From Felis catus (lineage: Eukaryota), in contig NC_058368.1 in NCBI RefSeq assembly GCF_018350175.1, positions 143,594,001 through 143,658,000 on the forward strand: 64,000 nt of DNA, read 5' to 3'. The notes beneath the pieces were generated by a model, which was not told where the DNA came from, searched no databases, and saw only the letters and a program-made list of their open reading frames with translations. A program made the position numbers and the translations under genes. This document shows positions 13,005 to 25,510 of this stretch, piece by piece. Position 1 is the first letter of the stretch; every line of letters begins with the position of its first letter.

Positions 13005-13208
13005 GGGCTCCTGGGTGGCTCAGTTGATTAGGCATCAGACTTCAGCTCAAGTCATGACCTCATGGTTTGGGAGTTCAAACCCTGCACTGGGCTCTGTGCT
13101 GATAGCTCAGACCTGGACCCTGCTTCAGATTCTGTGTCTCCCTCTCTTTTAGCTCCTCACCTGCTTGCTCTCTGTCTCTCTGTCTCTCACAAATAAATAA
13201 ACACTAAA
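13005..13208 (+). mobile_element. Can-SINE in L1 3'UTR
   Basis: gggctcctgggtggctcag...ctctcacaaataaataaac. Confidence 0.93.
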
Positions 13209-13339
13209 GCATATGCTTATTGTGATGAGCACTGAATAATGTATAGGATTGTTGAATCACTATATTGTACACCTGAAACTAATATAACACTATATGTTAA
13301 TTATACTGGCATTTAAAAATAATAATAAACAAGCATTCT

Positions 13340-13768
13340 CTGGAGAAGAGATATCTCTTCTTTGCCTAAAAGACTTGCAAAGATTAAAAAGATTGACAGT
13401 GTCTAGTGTTGGAAAAGTGAATACTCTTGTTAATACTGTTAGATGTATAAATTGATACAACTTTTTAGTAGGAAATTTGGCACTATGCATCAAAATGGTA
13501 CATGGACATTGCCTTTCACCCATTAATCTCATTTCTAGGAATTTATAATATAATCAGACAAATATATATATAGGCACACTGATATGCACATATACATACA
13601 TGGATGCAGTGTATCTTTTAGTAGATGGTTAAAACAGATTGTGGTACATTCCCCACATATAGAAAATATGCAATCATTAAAAAATAAGGTACAGATTTGT
13701 ATTATTTGTAAAAGCAAGTAGCGAAAAACCATGCATAACATATTCCCATTTTAATTGTGTGTCTGTGT

Positions 13769-13807
<39 letters not shown>

Positions 13808-13905
13808 CACGTACACATACAGAAAAGAAAGTCTGAATAATTACCTGGCAAACATTAGCAGTTCTGCTTATGAGGTGAAATCATAACTGATTGTCACTTC
13901 TGTTT
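13340..13905 (+). mobile_element. Ancient L1 (L1ME-like), piece 2, containing a (TG)n microsatellite at ~13757-13805
   Basis: gcaaagattaaaaagattgacagtgtctagtgttgg and catttctaggaattta are typical L1ME 3' motifs (recalled). Confidence 0.6.
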
Positions 13906-14562
13906 TGTTTGAGTTTTTTAAGACTAGTTCATTTACTGCAGTTTTAAGTTCATAACAGAATTAAAAGGAAAGTGTAGAGATTTCCCATATATCCCCTGCC
14001 CCCACACAGCCTCACCTTTCCATTATCACCATCTCTGACAGTACTAGAACATTTGTTAAAATTAATAATCCTACCTTGACACATTGTAATTCCAGATTTT
14101 GTCAAATGCTTCTTATGCATCTACTGATTGTGATCAAATAATTTTTCTTCTGTAGCCTATTGATGTAATGGATTATTTAATTAATTTTGAACATTGAACC
14201 AGTCTTGTATACCTGGAATAAATCCCAATTGGTTATGGTGTATAATTCTTTCTATACATTGTTGAATTTGATTTGCTATTGTTTTGTTGAGGACGTTTGC
14301 ATCTATGTTTATGAGAGATATTAGTCTGTAGTTCTCTTTTATTGTAATGTGTTTGTCTGGTTTTGGTATTAGGGTAGTACTGACCTCACTGACTTGAGTT
14401 AGGAAGTATTCCCTCTGCTTCTGTCCTCTGACTGAGATTGTAGGAAATGGGCATAATTCTTCCTTAACTGTTTGGTTGAATTCCCTAGTGAACTTTCTGG
14501 ATCTACTACTTTCCAGTTTGGTAGGTCATTATTTTTACTACATTTCTTTATAGACACCAACC

Positions 14563-15218
14563 TGGAGTTCTCTCTTGTCCAGCAAGAGAGCGGGACACAG
14601 TATTGAAAATGTGAGAGAGGCTAATGTTCTGGAGGAGATAAAAGCCCCGAATAAGAGTCCTTGCTCCTTTTTTATTAAGATCAGAAGGCTTACAAGCATG
14701 ATGGACATGCACAAAGAGACAATGAAACTGTGAACACTAACTCATGGGCATGGGGGAAAGGGGGTTTTGAAGATATGCGGTGTTAGGGGTCTGGGTCAAT
14801 ACAAAACAAAATCCTGGTGCTGGGCAGATGGTTGTTTACAGCAGACATGAGGCCCCACCTCTGTTTACCTAAACTGGCTTAGGAAACAAGAAAGACAGAG
14901 CATGCTACCTCAGGGTCAAGGAGGCATCTTTCTTTTGCTAATTAGCTCCACTCTGGGCAGCTTCACCCAGCTCCCAGCTGTGGTCTATAGCCCTATTTAC
15001 CTGTTTATCTAATTTGGTTCTTCCTTCCTGTGAAAGCAACTTTCTGCTATTGTCCTATACCTTTGTCCTATACTGGGGCCTTTGTCCCCTTTACCTAATC
15101 TTATTTACCTCATCTTGTTTATCCAACTTGGGTGTGTTCATCCTATGGCTTTCTAATTCTTTATGCCTTGTTAACCCATCAGTGCAAGCTCAGGGAATTC
15201 CTAAGCTTATTCCCCACA
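14563..15218 (-). mobile_element. Solo LTR, ERVK/class II-like
   Basis: Minus strand begins TGTGGGGA and ends CA; 6-bp TSD ccaacc at 14557-14562 and 15219-15224; minus-strand AATAAA near 14672; cleanly interrupts L1. Confidence 0.8.
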
Positions 15219-15640
15219 CCAACCTATTCATATTGCTTATTTTTGTGTATGTGTGAGTTTTGGAAAATTGTGTCTCTCAAGGAATTGGTCCATTTTATCC
15301 AGGCTATCAAATCTGAAGGAATAGAGCTGTACATGGTATTATTTTTTATCTTTTAAGTGTCTGTGGGATTTGTAGTGATGTCCCCTCTTTCATTTCTGAT
15401 ATTTGTAGTTTGTGTCCCCTCTCTCTCTTTTCTTACTTAGCCTGGGTAGAGCTTACCAATTTTACTGATTTTTTCAAAGAACTACTTTGGGCTTTGTTGA
15501 TTTTTCTTTATTGATTTCCTGTTTTGTATTTTATTGGTGTCTGCTCTAATTTTTATTTTCTTTTGCTTACTTTGGATTTAATTTGCTCTTCTTTTTTTAA
15601 CTTCCTAAGGTGGAAACTTTGATTATTGATTTACTGTTTC

Positions 15641-15853
15641 TTTTTTTAAAAAAGGTTTATTTTTGAGAGAGCATGAGCATGAGTGGGGGGGGGGGGAGGA
15701 GAGAGAAAGAGAGAGAGAGAGAAAGAGAAACAGAGGATCCAAAGCAGGCTTCGCAGTAACGCAGCAAACCTGATATAGGACTGTAACTCATGAACCGCAA
15801 GATCATGCCCTGAGCCAAAGTTGGACATGCACCAGCTGAGCCACCTAGGTGCC
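15641..15853 (-). mobile_element. Can-SINE
   Basis: T tract, GA tract, ...ctgagccacctaggtgcc. Confidence 0.9.
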
Positions 15854-16603
15854 AGTGCTATAAATTTCTCTCTAAGCACTGCTTCTGCTGCATCCCACAA
15901 AATTTGATAAGTTGCTTTCATTTTCATTTAGTTCAAAATGTTTTAAAATTTCTCTTGAAATTTCTTCTTTGGCCCATATGTTGTTTAGAAGTGTATTGTT
16001 TACTTTCTACTCATGTTACTGATTTCTAGTTTATCTTTCTGTTACTGATTTCCAGTTTAATTCCATTGTGGTGTAAGGTATTGTATTATTTCTATTCTTT
16101 TAAGTTTATTAAAATGTGTTTTATGGCCCATAATGTAGTCTGTTTTGGTGGATGTTCCATGTGAGCTTGAGAATGTGTTTTCTGCTGTTATTGGATGAAC
16201 TAGTCCATAGATGTCAATTATATCCAGTTGATTGGTGGTGTTGTTGAGTTCACTATGTCCTTGCTGATTCTCTGCCCACTCTGTCTGTCCCTTTCTGCTA
16301 CAGGAGTGTTGAAGTCTTCAGTTGTGATAATGAATTCATCTGTTTGTCTTTGCAGTTCTATCAGCTTTGAAGCTTTGTTATTAGACAGATACATGTTAAA
16401 GGTTATTAAATTTGCTTAAAGAATTTATTCCTGTATCATTGTGTAATGCCCTTCTTTATCCCTAATAATTTTGCTTGCTTTGAAGTGTCCTCTGTCTGAA
16501 ATTAATATAGCTACTCCTGCCTTCTTTTGAAGCTTTGAAGTGTTAATATGCTATGCCTTCTCTATCCATTTGCTTTGTGTCTTATATGTGTTGTTATATT
16601 TAC

Positions 16604-16836
16604 TTTTTCTTCCAAGTTTTTATTTAAATTCCACTTAACATACAGTGTAATATTAGTTTCAGGTGTACAATTTGGTGATTAATCACTTACATACAATACC
16701 CAGTGCTTTTCATGAGTGCCGTCAATACCCATCATCCATTTAACCCATCCCTCCAGCCACTCCCCTCCAGCAACCCTCAATTTATTATCATTAGTTAAGA
16801 GGCTGCTTTATGGTTTGTCTCTCTCTCTCTCTCTCT
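16604..16836 (-). mobile_element. 5'-truncated carnivore L1 3' terminus inserted in the older L1
   Basis: ttaacatacagtgtaatattagtttcaggtgtacaat is the reverse-complement homolog of the L1 end at ~13265-13300; flanking repeat atattta. Confidence 0.8.
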
Positions 16837-17222
16837 TAATATTTAAAGTGGGTTTCTTGTACATAACATATAGTTGGGTCTTGTTTTTTTATGTACTCTG
16901 GCAGTTTCTGTCTTTTAATTGGCACATTTAGACCACTGACATTCAGAGTGATTACTGATATAGGTGGATTGATATCTACCATATCAGTTACTGTTTTCCA
17001 TTTGTTGCTCATGTTCTTTGTTACTGTTTTTGTCTTCCATTTTTTTTTTCTCCTTTTTTGGTTTTCATTGAGCATTTTATATGATTCCATTTTCTCTCCT
17101 TTCTTAGCATATTATACTTGTTATTTTTGTTTTTGTTTTTGTTTTACTTTTTACATGACTATTCTAGGATTTGCAATATACATTTACAACTAATCCAAGT
17201 TCACTTTTAAATAACACTTTAC

Positions 17223-17443
17223 GGGGCGCCTGGGTGGCGCAGTCGGTTAAGCGTCCGACTTCAGCCAGGTCACGATCTTGCGGTCCGTGAGTTCGAGCCC
17301 CGCGTCGGGCTCTGGGCTGATGGCTCAGAGCCTGGAGCCTGTTTGCGATTCTGTGTCTCCCTCTCTCTCTGCCCCTCCCCCGTTCATGCTGTGTCTCTCT
17401 CTGTCCCAAAAATAAATAAACGTTGAAAAAAAAATTTAAAAAA
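17223..17443 (+). mobile_element. Young felid SINE (SINEC_Fc-like), CpG-rich
   Basis: ggggcgcctgggtggcgcagtcggttaagcgtccgacttcagccaggtcacg; 14-bp TSD aaataacactttac. Confidence 0.98.
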
Positions 17444-19590
17444 AAATAACACTTTACTGTTTTGTGGGTATTATAAACAGCTTATAATGACAAAATCATC
17501 CTCATTTCTCCCTCCTATCCCTTGTATTATTACTGTCATTTATTTCACTATATAAAAATATATATAAGCATGCATATATGTACATATATAAGACATATAC
17601 ATAAGCATACATAATTGAGTATGTTGTTGCTATTATTTTGAATAAACTGTTCCCTGTCAGATCATCTAAGAATAAGAAAATCAAAGTTTTGTTTTACCTT
17701 CACTTATTCCTTCTTCAGTGCTCTTTCTTTCTTTATGTAGATCTGAATTTCTGACATATCACTTCTTCACTCTAAAAACAACATTTCTTGTAAAGCAGGT
17801 TCACTGGCAACAGATTCTCCAAATTTTTGTTTGAGAAAGTCTTTATTTCTTCTTCACTTTTCAAGGATAAATTTGCAAGGTACAAAATTCTAGATTGGTG
17901 ATTGGTGGGGGGTTTTCCTCTCAATATTTTAAATATCTCACTCCACTCTTTTCTTGTTTGCATGAAGTCCTCTGTAAGGTATTTTTTAACCTCTAACTTC
18001 TTTCATGATTTTTTCTTTATCTTTGATTTTCTGAAGTTTGAAAATGATATGCATAGGTGTGGTTTTTGTTTGTTTGTTTGTATTTATGCTGCTTGGTATT
18101 CTCTCAGCTTCCAGAATCTGTAGTTTGGTGTCTGGCATTAATTTGGGGTAAATTCTCAATTTTTTTTTCAAATATTTTTTCTGTTCCTTTCTCTCTTTCT
18201 TCTCTCTCTGGTATTCCCATTATGCATATGCTATACTTTTTTTCTAGGTGTTCTTGAGTATTCTGTTCTATTTTACCCAGTTTTTGTTCTCTTCACTTTT
18301 CAAGTTTGGAGTCTTCCAAAACCATTAGAGATATACCCAAGCTCATAAATTCTGTCCTCAGGCTTGCCCATCTACTATTCTAATCAGCCCATCAGAAGCT
18401 TTCTTCATTGACATCACAGCGTTTTTGATTTCTTACATTCCTTTCGGCTCTTTGTACATTGCCCATCTGTTCTTGCATGCTCTCTGCTCTATCCTTTGGA
18501 CACCTTAGCATATTAATCATAGTTATTTTAAATTTCTGATCTGATAATTATAACATCTCCTCCATGTCTGCTTGTGATATTTGCTTTGTCTCTTCAAATT
18601 GTGTTTTTTGCTAAGCCTCATGAATTTTTGTTGATAAATGGACATGATGCACTAGGTAAGAGCAACTACACTAAATAGGCATAAGTAATGTGGTGAGGTG
18701 TGGGGCAGGGGAGGTGTTGTATAGTTCTTGTGTTAGGGCTCAGTCTTTCAGTGAGGCTATGCCTCTGGACTGGGAACTTCACCTATATTTCCTAAGGGTT
18801 TTTTCTTCCCCCTTAAGTGAGATATCCTGGCTAGAGTGAGCTGGAGTTGGATATTTCCCTTCCCCAGGTCAACTAAGCTCTGATTATATCCCAGCAGCTT
18901 AGGCTCTGCTTAATTAGTTTCTCCTGAGGATAGATCTTATGAAAAGAACAGGGTACTCTGGCATATTTCCAAATAATTCCTTTTCTCCTCCCCCTGCTAG
19001 AAGCACAAGGAGATTTTTTTTTTTCTCTAGTATTTACTGTCAGAACCTGGTCAAGCCACCCAGAGGTAAATCTCACAAAATTGTGAAGGCCCCCCATGAC
19101 TGGGTCCCCGTGGGGTTTTTAATTCTTAGAATTATCCACACTGATCTTCCTGTTACATGTTAATAATAGTTCAAGTTTCTCTAGCCTGGCACCAGTTTTC
19201 TCAGTGGTTTCTATTTATGAGATTCTATACATGTAAGATGTGGCTCCCTAAATTTGCCTATCTCTCTGATCTTGGGGACAGCAGTTTGCCCTGTGACCTT
19301 TCCTCCCTTACAGATCCTAGAAGAGTTACTGATTTTTCAGTCAGTTCAGCTTTTTACTTGTGAGAACAGTGGTGACTTCCAAGCTCCTTACATGCAGAAA
19401 TGGATATTGGAAGTCTTGATTTTTTTTTAAAAAACTATAAACACAGACTTACTTCATAATCAGAAAAAAACCCAGCTAACTTCATTTTGGAATTTTTAAA
19501 AATGAAAACTTTTAGGAATTTCATACAGATAAGAGGCAGTTCTCCATAATTATTATTAAAGATTCTGATATTTTTAAAAGCTGGCATTTT

Positions 19591-19803
19591 GGGGTGCCTG
19601 GATGGCTCAGTCAGTTAAGTGTGTGACTTAGTTTTGGTTCAGGTCACGATCTAACAGTTTTATGACTTTGAGCCCCACGTTAGTCTCTGCACTGTCAGAG
19701 CAGAGCTTGCTTGGGATTCTCTCTCTCTCCCTCTCTCTCTGCCCTCCCCCACTCAAACTGTCTCTGTCTGTCTCTCTCAAATAAATAAACTTAAAAAAAA
19801 AAC
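19591..19803 (+). mobile_element. Can-SINE
   Basis: SINE body; flanking repeat tttttaaaa(a)gctg(g/t)catt. Confidence 0.93.
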
Positions 19804-19838
19804 TTTTTAAAAAGCTGTCATTCCGTTTTTTTTTTCTT

Positions 19839-20755
19839 GAGGAAGATGGTGGCGTAGGAGGACGCTGGGCTCACCACGTCCTGCTGATCACTTAGATTCC
19901 ACCCCCACCTGCCTAAATAGCCCAGGAAACCACCAGAAGACTAGCAGAACGGATTCTCCAGAGACAAGCATAGAGGAAAGGCCCACGGAAGAGGGTAGGA
20001 AGGGTGGAGAGGCGGTGCGAGCTCCATGGACTGGCGGGAGGGAGCCGGGGTGGAGGGGCAGCCTGCCGGCAAAGCAGAGCCTCCGAGTCTGGCTTGCAAA
20101 AGTGGAGGGGCCAGACGGAGTGTGTTTGGACAACAAGTGGGACTTAACATCTGAAAGGTTGCAAGTTAACAGCTTCTGCTTGGAGAGCGGGAAGCCTGGA
20201 GGACAACGGGAGGGAGAGTTGTTGAGCCCAGGATGACAGAGCTCAGCTTGGCGGGGAACAAAGGCGCACGCCAGCGCCATCTCCCTCGCCCATCCCCCCC
20301 CCCCCAATCCCAAAGGGAACTGGTTCGTGCCAGAGAACTTGGGTGCACCACGCAAACACCCAACACTGTGCTTCTGCGGATCCATCCCTCCGGCAGCGGG
20401 TCTGACTCCTGGTGACACACGGCCCCTCCCGAAGTGGATCTCCGAAGGAAAAGCCAGCTGTGCCTGCCCCTCCCACCCCTGTGCACCTTGCTGATCCACC
20501 CCAGCTAATATGCCAGATGCCCAGCACCACAAGCCTGGCAGTGTGCAAGGAGCCCAGACGGGCCATGCCACCCCACAGTGAATCCCGCTCTTAGGAGAGG
20601 GGAAGAGAAGGTACACACCAGTCTGACTGTGGCCCCAGCAGTGGGCTGGGGGCAGACATCAGGTTGGACTGCAGCCCCGCCCACCAATGCAAGTTATTCA
20701 AGACAGCACAGGGGAAGTGCCCTGCAGTTCTGCACCACTCCAGGGACTATCCAAA
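19839..20755 (+). promoter_or_regulatory. L1 5'UTR internal Pol II promoter region with a YY1-like motif (aagatggtgg, 19843-19852)
   Basis: Position upstream of ORF1, high CpG/GC content, 5'-terminal AAGATGG motif. Confidence 0.65.
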
Positions 20756-21644
20756 ATGACAAAACGGAAGAATTCCCCTCAAAAGAATCTCTAGGAAATA
20801 ACGACAGCTAACGAACTGATCAAAAAGGATTTAAGCAATATAACAGAAAGTGAATTTAGAATAATAGTCATAAAATTAATCGCTGGGCTTGAAAACAGTA
20901 TAGAGGACAGCAGAGAATCTATTGCTACAGAGATCAAGGGACTAAGGAACAGCCAGGAGGAGCTAAAAAATGCTATTAATGAGCTGCAAAATAAAATGGA
21001 GACAACCACAGTTTGGATTGAAGAGGCAGAGGAGAGAATAGGTGAACTAGAAGATAAAATTATGGAAAAAGAGGAAGCTGAGAAAAAGAGATAAAAACAT
21101 CCAGGAGTATGAGGGGAAAATTAGAGAACCAAGTGATGCACTAAAGAGAAATAATCTACGCATAATTGGTATTCCAGAGGAGGAAGACAGAGGGAAAGGT
21201 GCTGAAGGTGTACTTGAAGAAATAATAGCTGAGAACTTCCCTGATCTGGGGAAGGAAAAAGGCATTGAAATCCAAGAGGCACAGAGAACTCCCTTCAGAC
21301 GTAACTTGAATCGGTCTTCTGCACGACATCATAGTGAAACTGGCAAAATACAAGAATAAAGAGAAAATTCTGAAAGCAGCTAGGGATAAACGTGCTCTAA
21401 CATATAAAGAGAGACTGATAAGACTCGTGACGGATCTCTCTGCTGAAACTTGGCAGGACAGAAAGGAATGGCAGGAAATCTTCAATGTGAAGAACAGAAA
21501 AAATACACAGCCGAGAATCCTTTATCCAGCAAATCTGTCATTTAGAATAGAAGGAAAGATAAAGGTCTTCCCAACAAACAAAAACTGAAGGAATTCGTCA
21601 CCACTAAACCAGCCCTACAAGAGATCCTAAGGGGGATCCTGTGA
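20756..21644 (+). pseudogene. L1 ORF1p (RNA-binding protein), disrupted
   Basis: ATG ACA AAA CGG AAG... hits TAG at codon 13; later fragment KLAKYKNKEKILKAARDKRALTYK...DLSAETWQ; frameshifts. Confidence 0.92.
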
Positions 21645-21694
21645 GAAAAAGTACCAGAGACATCGCTACAAGCATGAAACCTACAGACATCACA

Positions 21695-24600
21695 ATGACT
21701 CCAAACTCATATCTTTCTATAATAACACTGAATGTAAATGGACTAAATGTGCCAACCAAAAGACATAGGGTTTCAGAATGGATAAAAAAAACAAGACCCA
21801 TCTATTTGCTGTCTACAAGAGACTCATTTTAGACCTGAGGACACCTTCAGATTGAGAGTGAGGGGATGGAGAACTATTTATCATGCTACTGGAAGCCAAA
21901 AGAAAGCTGGAGTAGCCATACTTATATCAGACAAACTAGACTTTAAATTAAAGGCTGTAACAAGAGATGAAGAAGGACATTATATAATAGTTACAGGGTC
22001 TATCCATCAGGAAGAGCTAACAATTATAAATGTCTATGCGCCAAATACCGGAGCCCCCAAATATAGAAAACAATTACTCATAAACATAAGCAACCTTATT
22101 GATAAGAATGTGGTAATTGCAGGGGACTTTAACACCCCACTCACAGCAATGGATAGATCATCTAGACACACGGTCAATAAAGAAACAAGTGCCCTGAATG
22201 ATACATTGGATCAGATGGACTTGACAGATATATTTAGAACCCTGAATCCCAAAGCAACAGAATATACTTTCTTCTCAAGCGCACATGGAACATTCTCCAA
22301 GATAGATCACATACTGGGTCACAAAACAGCCCTTCATAAGTATACAAGAATTGAAATCATACCATGCATACTTTCAGACCACAATGCTATGAAGCTTGAA
22401 ATCAACCACAGGAAAAAGTCTGGAAAACCTCCAAAAGCATGGAGGTTAAAGAACACCCTACTAAAGAATGAGTGGGTCAATCAGGCAATTAGAGAAGAAA
22501 TTAAAAAATATATGGAAACAAACAAAAATGAAAATACAACAATCCAAACGCTTTGGGATGCAGCGAAGGCAGTTCTGACAGGAAAATACATTACAATCCA
22601 GGCCTATCTCAAGAAACAAGAAAAATCCCAAATACAAAATCTAACAGCACACCTAAAGGAAATAGAAGCAGAACAGCAAAGACAGCCCAAACCCAGCAGA
22701 AGAAGAGAAATAATAAAGATCAGAGCAGAAATAAACAATATAGAATCTAAAAAAACTGTAGAGCAGATCAACGAAACCAAGAGTTGGTTTTTTGAAAAAA
22801 TAAACAAAATTGATAAACCTCTAGCCAGGCTTCTCAAAAAGAAAAGGAAGATGACCCAAATAGATAAAATCATGAATGAGAATGGAATTATTACAACCAA
22901 TCCCTCAGAAATACAAGCAATTATCAGGGAATACTATGAAAAACTATATGCCAACAAACTGGACAACCTGGAAGAAATGGACAAATTCCTGAACACCCAC
23001 ACACTTCCAAAACTTGAACTGGAGGAAATAGAAAGCTTCAACAGACCCATAATCAGGGAAGAAATTGAATCAGTTATCAAAAATCTCCCAACAAATAAGA
23101 GTCCTGGGCCAGATGGCTTCCCAGGGGAGTTCTACCAGACATTTAAAGCAGAGATAATACCTATCCTTCTCAAGCTGCTCCAAAAAATAGAAAGGGAAGG
23201 AAAACTTCCAGACTCATTCTATGAAGCCAGTATTACTTTGATTCCTAAATCAGACAGAGACCCAGTAAAAAAAGAGAACTACAGGCCAATATCCCTGATG
23301 AATATGGATGCAAAAATTCTCAATAAGATACTAGCAAATCGAATTCAACAGCATATAAAAAGAATTATTCACCATGATCAAGTGGGATTTATTCCTGAGA
23401 TGCAGGGCTGGTTCAACATTCACAAATCAATCAATGTGATACATCACATTAATAAAAGGAAAGATAAGAACCATATGATCCTGTCAATCGATGCAGAAAA
23501 AGCATTTGACAAAATTCAGCATCCTTTCTTAATAAAAACGCTCGAGAAAGTCGGGATAGAAGGAACATACTTAAACATCATAAAAGCCATTTATGAAAAG
23601 CCCACAGCTAACATCATCCTCAATGGGGAAAAACTGAGAGCTTTTTCCCTGAGATCAGGAACACGACAGGGATGTCCACTCTCACCGCTGTTGTTCAACA
23701 TAGTGTTGGAAGTGCTAGCATCAGCAATCAGACAGCAAAAGGAAATCAAAGGCATCAAAATTGGCAGAGATGAAGTTAAGCTTTCACTTTTTGCAGATGA
23801 CATGATATTATACATGGAAAATCTGATAGACTCCACCAAAAGTCTGCTAGAACTGATACATGAATTCAGCAAAGTCGCAGGATACAAAATCAATGTACAG
23901 AAATCAGTTGCATTCTTATACACTAATAATGAAGCAACAGAAAGACAAAGAAACTGATCCCATTCACAATTGCACCAAGAAGCATAAAATACCTAGGAAT
24001 AAATCTAACCTAAGATGTAAAAGATCTGTATGCTGAAAACTATAGAAAGCTTATGAAGGAAATTGAAGATATAAAGAAATGGAAAAACATTCCATGCTCA
24101 TGGGTTGGAAGAATAAATATTGTCAAAATGTCAATACTACCCAAAGCTATCTACATATTCAATGCAATCCCAATCAAAATTGCACCAGCATTCTTCTCAA
24201 AGCTAGAACAAGCAATCCTAAAATTCATATGGAACCACAAAAGGCCCCGAATAGCCAAAGTAATTTTGAAGAAGAAGACCAAAGCAGGAGGCATCACAAT
24301 CCCAGACTTTAGCTCTACTACAAAGCTGTCATCATCAAGACAGCATGGTATTGGCACAAAAACAGACACATAGACCAATGGAATAGAATAGAAACCCCAG
24401 AACTAGACCCACAAACGGATGGCCAGCTAATCTTTGACAAAGCAGGAAAGAATATCCAATGGAAAAAAGACAGTCTCTTTAACAAATGGTGCTGGGAGAA
24501 CTGGACAGCAACATGCAGAAGGTTGAAACTAGACCACTTTCTCACACCATTCACAAAAATAAACTCAAAATGGATAAAGGACCTGAATGTGAGACAGGAA

Positions 24601-25510
24601 ACCATCAAAACCCTAGAGGAGAAAGCAGGAAAAGACCTCTCTGACCTCAGCCGTAGCAATTTCTTACTTGACACATCCCCAAAGGCAAGGGAATTCAAAG
24701 CAAAAATGAACTACTGGGACCTTATGAAGATAAAAAGCTTCTGCACAGCAAAGGAAACAATCAACAAAACCAAAAGGCAACCAATGGAATGGGAAAAGAT
24801 TTGCAAATGACATATCGGACAAAGGGCTAGTATCCAAAATGTATAAAGAGCTCACCAAACTCCACACCCAAAAAACAAATAATCCAATGAAGACATGGGC
24901 AGAAAACATGAATAGACACTTCTCTAAAGAAGACATCCGGATGGCCAACAGGCACATGAAAAGATGCTCAACGTCGCTCCTCATCAGGGAAATACAAATC
25001 AAAACCACACTCAGATACCATGTCACGCCAGTCAGAGTGGCCAAAATGAACAAATCGGGAGACTATAGATGCTGGAGAGGATGTGGAGAAATGGGAAACC
25101 TCTTGCACTGTTGGTGGGAATGCAAACTGGTACAGCTGCTCTGGAAAACAGTGTGGAGGTTCCTCAAAAAATTAAAAATAGACCTACTCTGTGACCCAGA
25201 AGTAGCACTGCTAGGAATTTACCCAAGGGATACAGGAGTGCTGATGCATAGGGGCACTTGGACCCCAATGTTTATAGCAGCACTCTCAACAATAGCCAAA
25301 TTATGGAAAGAGCCTAAATGTCCATCAACTGATGAATGGATAAAGAAATTGTGGTTTATATACACAATGGAGTACTATGTGGCAATGAGAAAGAATGAAA
25401 TATGGCCCTTTGTAGCAACGTGGATGGAACTGGAGAGTGTGATGCTAAGTGAAATAAGCCATACAGAGAAAGACAGATACCATATGTTTTCACCCTTATG
25501 TGGATCCTGA
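21695..25510 (+). pseudogene. L1 ORF2p (APE endonuclease, reverse transcriptase, C-terminal domain), frameshifted
   Basis: 701-aa open segment 21852-23957 with [30 protein letters not shown]; the N-terminus (SIITLNVNGLN) and C-terminal parts lie in separate ORF fragments. Confidence 0.97.

Larger units (their letters stand above)
5418..13328 (+). mobile_element. Full-length but decayed carnivore LINE-1 (5'UTR, ORF1 ~6490-7370, ORF2 ~7785-12865, 3'UTR) with several internal insertions
   Basis: 5' end ggaagatagcacactaggaggacctaggctcacc matches the L1 start at 19839; ORF1 fragments (IQIQEAQRTP, STETWQAR); EN/RT/C-terminal fragments; many stops and frameshifts. Confidence 0.95.
13912..19415 (-). 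mobile_element. Antisense old L1 (L1MC-like) with 5'UTR, ORF1 and ORF2 5' half, a large internal deletion and nested insertions
   Basis: Minus-strand fragments WSEIFKILR (ORF1), ISVITLNVSGLNVPIKRQ (EN), YQILWDAAEAVLREKFIAL; L1MC-type 3' end at 13915-14093. Confidence 0.85.

Noticed and set aside
19840..20750. CpG island as a host gene promoter
   Set aside because: Fully explained by the L1 5'UTR.
21852..23957. 701-aa endonuclease/reverse transcriptase ORF as a novel RT system or domesticated gene
   Set aside because: It is ordinary LINE-1 ORF2 within a TSD-flanked L1 and is frameshifted on both sides.
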